NCBI GenBank assembly: GCA_951406725.2
Contig: OX597836.1
Coordinates: 28,892,001 to 28,956,000, forward strand
Direction: 5' to 3'
Length of the DNA stretch: 64,000 nucleotides
Source of the DNA: Octopus vulgaris
Taxonomy: Eukaryota
Shown one piece after another: positions 59,695 to 64,000 of the stretch. Position 1 is the stretch's first letter; each line of letters opens with the position of its first letter. Below the pieces are notes generated by a model that ran no database searches, was not told the DNA's origin, and saw only the letters and a list, made by a program, of their open reading frames with translations. Both the position numbers and the translations under genes were made by a program.

Positions 59695-60050
59695 CGTGGT
59701 GATCTCATTCTTGCTCACAACATCATAAGCAGAAAGTGTAACCTCTCGAAAGAGCTGTTCTTCACTCCTGCTCCAGAGCGTCAACTGCGGGATCACTCTG
59801 AAAAGCTCTATCTGCGATGATTTCATCTCAATCAAAGGAGAGGGGCTTTCTCCATTCGGGTTGCGGATCCGTGGAATAAGGTGCCGGATGAGATAGTGAA
59901 GATGCCGACGACTGCTCGGTTCAAAGTCTCCCTTGACCACAAATGGCCTGAACTCTTTGCATGAACACCACCCTGTACATAACTCCATGTCCCCCTACAT
60001 GGCCTTGCTTTTTGGTTTTTGAGCCAAAAAATTAACTTAACTGCACTAAT
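59695..60050 (+). mobile_element. CR1-type LINE 3' fragment
   Basis: RGDLILAHNIIS...LRDHSEKLYLR*FHLNQRRGAFSIRVADPWNKVPDEIV...FKVSLD, with one in-frame stop. Confidence 0.85.
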
Positions 60051-63000
60051 CTAATGTGTGTTGTGAAGGCTTGTAGCTTAGTGGTCAGAGATGTACAGTT
60101 CCTGATCAAGAGCTCATGTGTTCAATCCCCTGTGGCATTTTGTGTGCTTGAGCAAGATGTTTTATTTCACATTGCTCCAGTCCACTCAGCTGGCAAAAAT
60201 GAGTTGTACATCATTGTCATGATCATCATTTAACATCCGCTTTCCATGCTGGCATGGGTTGGATGGTTTAACTGGAACTGGTAAGCTGGAGAGCTGCACC
60301 AGGTTCCAGTCTAATCTTAGCTTGGTTCCTATGGCTGGATGCCCTTTCCTAACACCAACCACTCCGAGAATGCAATGGGTACTTTTTACGTGCCACCAGC
60401 ACAGGTGCCATTTACATGACACCAGTAACTACGATTTCACAGGGGCCATTTATATGACACTGCAATTCAAAAGGGCCAACCTTGACACATTCCGTGCCAT
60501 ATTGAATCTCCCTGAGAACTTACATTAAGGGCATGCATGTCTGTAGAATGCTCAGCCGCTTGCTTGTTAATTTCATGAGCAGGATGATCCCTTGATTAGA
60601 TCAACTGGAACCCCTCATTGTCTTAACCAACAGAGTGCTGGTGTACGTCTCTTTTCGATACCAAGAGATGTGATTCAGGCACTGGTTGAAGGGTATGATA
60701 GTAGGAACCACGTGAGTTTAGTAAACACTAGCACAGAAGCCAACCTTCACTCATCACCACCACCCACAAGCTGGGTTTTGGCATTGAGAAGCTCTTATAT
60801 GTAGTTTATAGTATCAATTACACTGGGTGAAGAGCTCAGGTACCCAGGTGTTGGGTGTTGTAGTTGTTGTTGTTGTTGTTACCAATCTTTCATTCACCTG
60901 TGCTACTGCAAAAAAGGGTGGATATGAGGGTAGTAGTAGTAGTTGTTGTAGTAGGGGATGTGGTGGTGATGGTGGTCATTACTGTTACAGCAACAAAGAT
61001 CATGATGCTGTTGTTGTCGTTTAGCCCTAGGCCAACTCTGACTGAGCTGTTACCATTCCTGTCTGTCTCACTTCAACCGGTGTGCATTCAGGACCACAAT
61101 TATCCAGTTGTGTCCTTCCCACCACAGAAGGATTTAGTGCAATGTAAAGAAGATTTAGCTGTTACTTCTAGCTGATACATTCATCACATAGAGGCTCCCT
61201 CATTGATCTGTGCTACTGTTGTTATTGTTGGTCGTAGTCGTAGTGTAGATTATGATAGTAATGAATGATGATGATGATAGTTGTGATGATGAGGGTGGTA
61301 ATGCTGATGATGATGATGCTGTTCTGAGTCTGGCAGGATGGTGAGGCGTACCTATCTATGTTAGAAATACCAAATTCTATCTGAAGTGTGTGTGTGCGTG
61401 TGTGCATATCTGTATATGCATGTATGTATCTATAGTATGGGTGTGAATATTTGTATATATGTGAGTGTGTGTGTGCATGTCTGTATATGCATGTATGTAT
61501 CTATAGTATGGGTGTGAATATTTGTATATATATGAGTGTGTGTGTGTGCGACTGTTCTTGAATTCTTCCTGGCAGGTAAACCTCTACAAGATCTCATGGC
61601 ACCGCAAGAACTTGAACAGCCCACCCCCTCTAGTAATATCACCATAACCATTGCCACCACTACTCCTACCTACCACCACCACCATCACCATCACTAGATA
61701 TAAACCAACATTGTTGTAAGAAGGAGCTAGTGAGGAAGTCTCGTCCTGATTGCTCAACCCACTAGACATAGCAAACCATTCTCCCTCATTGCTTTCTGAA
61801 CTTTGATGAGAAGTGAACCAGGATTGACCCAGGGCTAAACGACAATCGCTTCATCTTGAGAGAAATAGAAATATACTGTGTGACGGGGTTAGAGATGGAA
61901 GGGGGAAGGGGGTCATCTCTTGCGACCTGATCCTTTTATAGGGGGTTGGTGGCGTGCGGTGGGGTGGGGGAGCTAGTTATCCTCACACAACACATCTCAC
62001 CTGAATTCTTGCAACAAGGTGTGTTTAACTGGTCAATACATCAAGTCTGTTGCGTGTGTGTGAGTATATGCATGTGTAAGAGTGTGTGTATGTGTGTGTG
62101 TGTGTGCAAAGGTGTTTGTATATATGTATGAGAGTGAGTGTGTGTGTGTGTGCATGCACGTATGGAAGGGAAGAGAGGTAATTATTTTTTGTTCTGTTCC
62201 TCCACACTTTGCAGCCATAGTAATTTAGCTTTGTGTGTGTGTGTATATATGTATGCGTATGTGCATATATGTATATGTGTGTGTGTATATATATGTATGC
62301 GTATGTGCTTATATGTATATGTGTGTGTGTATAAATGTATGCGTATGTGCATATATGTATATATGTGTGTGTATATATGTATGCATGTGTGTATATATGT
62401 ATGCGTATGTGCATATATGTATATGTGTGTGTATATGTATGCATATGTGCATATATGTATATGTGTGTGTGTATATGTATGCGTATGTGCATATATGTAT
62501 GTGTGTGTATGTTTGTGTGTATGTATGTGTGTGTGTGCATATATGTGTGTGTGTATGTGTACTTGTTTGTATGTGTGTGTGTGAAATCGCTCACTAAGCA
62601 ACACACCACCACTGCCACCACTACTTTCGCCATCATCTTTGGCCTAACTCCCATTTACACAGCTCCACATCTTAACCACACACACACACGCACACACACA
62701 CCATGAACCCGTCCATCCAAATCGATGTTTCGTGTTGGACGCTTATGTTCCCCCGGTGGGTAGTAGTGGAGGTCGTTGGAGTGGTTTGTTGTAAAAGTTG
62801 TTATACCAGTGTTGTTTTTGTTGGAAACAACATTATTATTGGGGGGGGGGGAGTAGAATATGATTATTAAAGTATCAGTGATAGTGGTGGTGGTGTTTGG
62901 CTCCAGATCAACTTTGGTCAAATTTACAATCAACGGCAATCCAGCCATGACTATCCCATTGTAGTTGTGACTACAGTAGACTACATTAATCCCTATACAC

Positions 63001-64000
63001 TGTCCTTTACCAAGATAATGCCTTTTACCCTCTAATTGTTTCAGTCATTGGACTGTGGCCATGCTGGAGCACTGTTTTGAAAGGTTTTTAGTCAGACATA
63101 TCAAACCTTCCCCCTACACACACACAAACACACACACACACTTATTAGTTTTTAAGCCTGCTACTTATTCTGTCAGTTTATTTTTCCAACTTAGTTACAA
63201 GGATGTAAACAAACCAACACTGGTTATCAAGTTGTGAAGAAAGACAAACACACACATATATATCATCATCATCATCATCGCCGTTTAACATCCGCCTTCC
63301 ATGCTGGCATGGGTTTGATTGAGGGCTGGCAGGCCAGAAGGCTGTACCAGGCTCCAGTCTGATCTGGCAAAGTTTCTACAGCTGGTTGCCCTTCCTAACA
63401 CCAACCACTCTAAGAGTGCAGCAGATGCTTTTTATGTGTCACCGACACAAGGGCCAGTTTGGTGGCACTGGCATCGACCACGCTTGAATGGTGCTTTTTA
63501 CATGCCACTGGCACGGGACCAGTCAGGCAGCACTGGCATTGGCCACGACAATGACTTCACTGACTGAGACCGAGACCTCTGGAGATATGCTGTGACTGAG
63601 AAGACCTGGTAAATAAAGTGAGTTCACAGCTGTAACCCACACCAGTGTCACATATCCAGCCCACTCAAAAGTTCCTTGGACCATAGGGTGACATGCCGTA
63701 CTTAAGGAGACCTATTGAATCAAGTACATCAAAATCAAATCAAATCATGTTCAAATGGAAATTGTAGTTGTGATCCCCATGCCAGTGCAACGTAAAAAGC
63801 ACCCCCCGAATGTGGCCAATGCCAGCGCTGCATTAATTGGCTTCCATGCCATTGGCACATAAAAAGCACCATCCGATCGTGGTTAATGCCAGCCCCCTCT
63901 GGCCCCTATGCCAGCGGCATGTAAAAGAGTACCTACTACACTCTCAGAGTGGTTGGCATTAGGATGGGCATCCAGCTGTAGAAACACTGCCAGATTGGAC

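Noticed and set aside
59650-59988. 112-aa minus-strand ORF
   Set aside because: It is the antisense shadow of the + strand CR1-type RT fragment.
8640-62706. Long YIYIY/CVCVC/HTHTH and poly-S/M ORFs in the ORF track
   Set aside because: They are translations of (TA)n, (TG)n, (CA)n and (CAT)n microsatellites, with no splice or codon support.

Overview
Repeat-rich, AT-rich animal genomic DNA. The SINE families and dense (TA)n/(CA)n/(CAT)n microsatellites suggest an octopus genome (inference). The first 24 kb holds 15 phase-consistent GT-AG exons (613-23638, + strand, 1664 coding nt, about 554 aa) of WASH complex subunit 2 (WASHC2/FAM21). The start exon lies upstream of the window, and I found no further exon in the remaining 40 kb. 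The rest is tRNA-derived SINEs, LINE fragments (RTE, CR1-like, R4-like, Penelope), a Gypsy integrase fragment, DNA-transposon MITEs (hAT, mariner, piggyBac-like, Helentron-like), minisatellites, fold-back palindromes and a CpG-decayed tRNA-Leu(CAG). Most listed ORFs are microsatellite or SINE artefacts. The most notable signal is a set of about 10 minimal type-I hammerhead-ribozyme motifs on both strands, in several unrelated short elements that are mostly flanked by (TA)n. These include an intact canonical copy (34498-34580) and natural core variants (G3-C8 swap, U4C). They resemble Penelope-associated or retrozyme-like self-cleaving elements. All structures were folded by eye.
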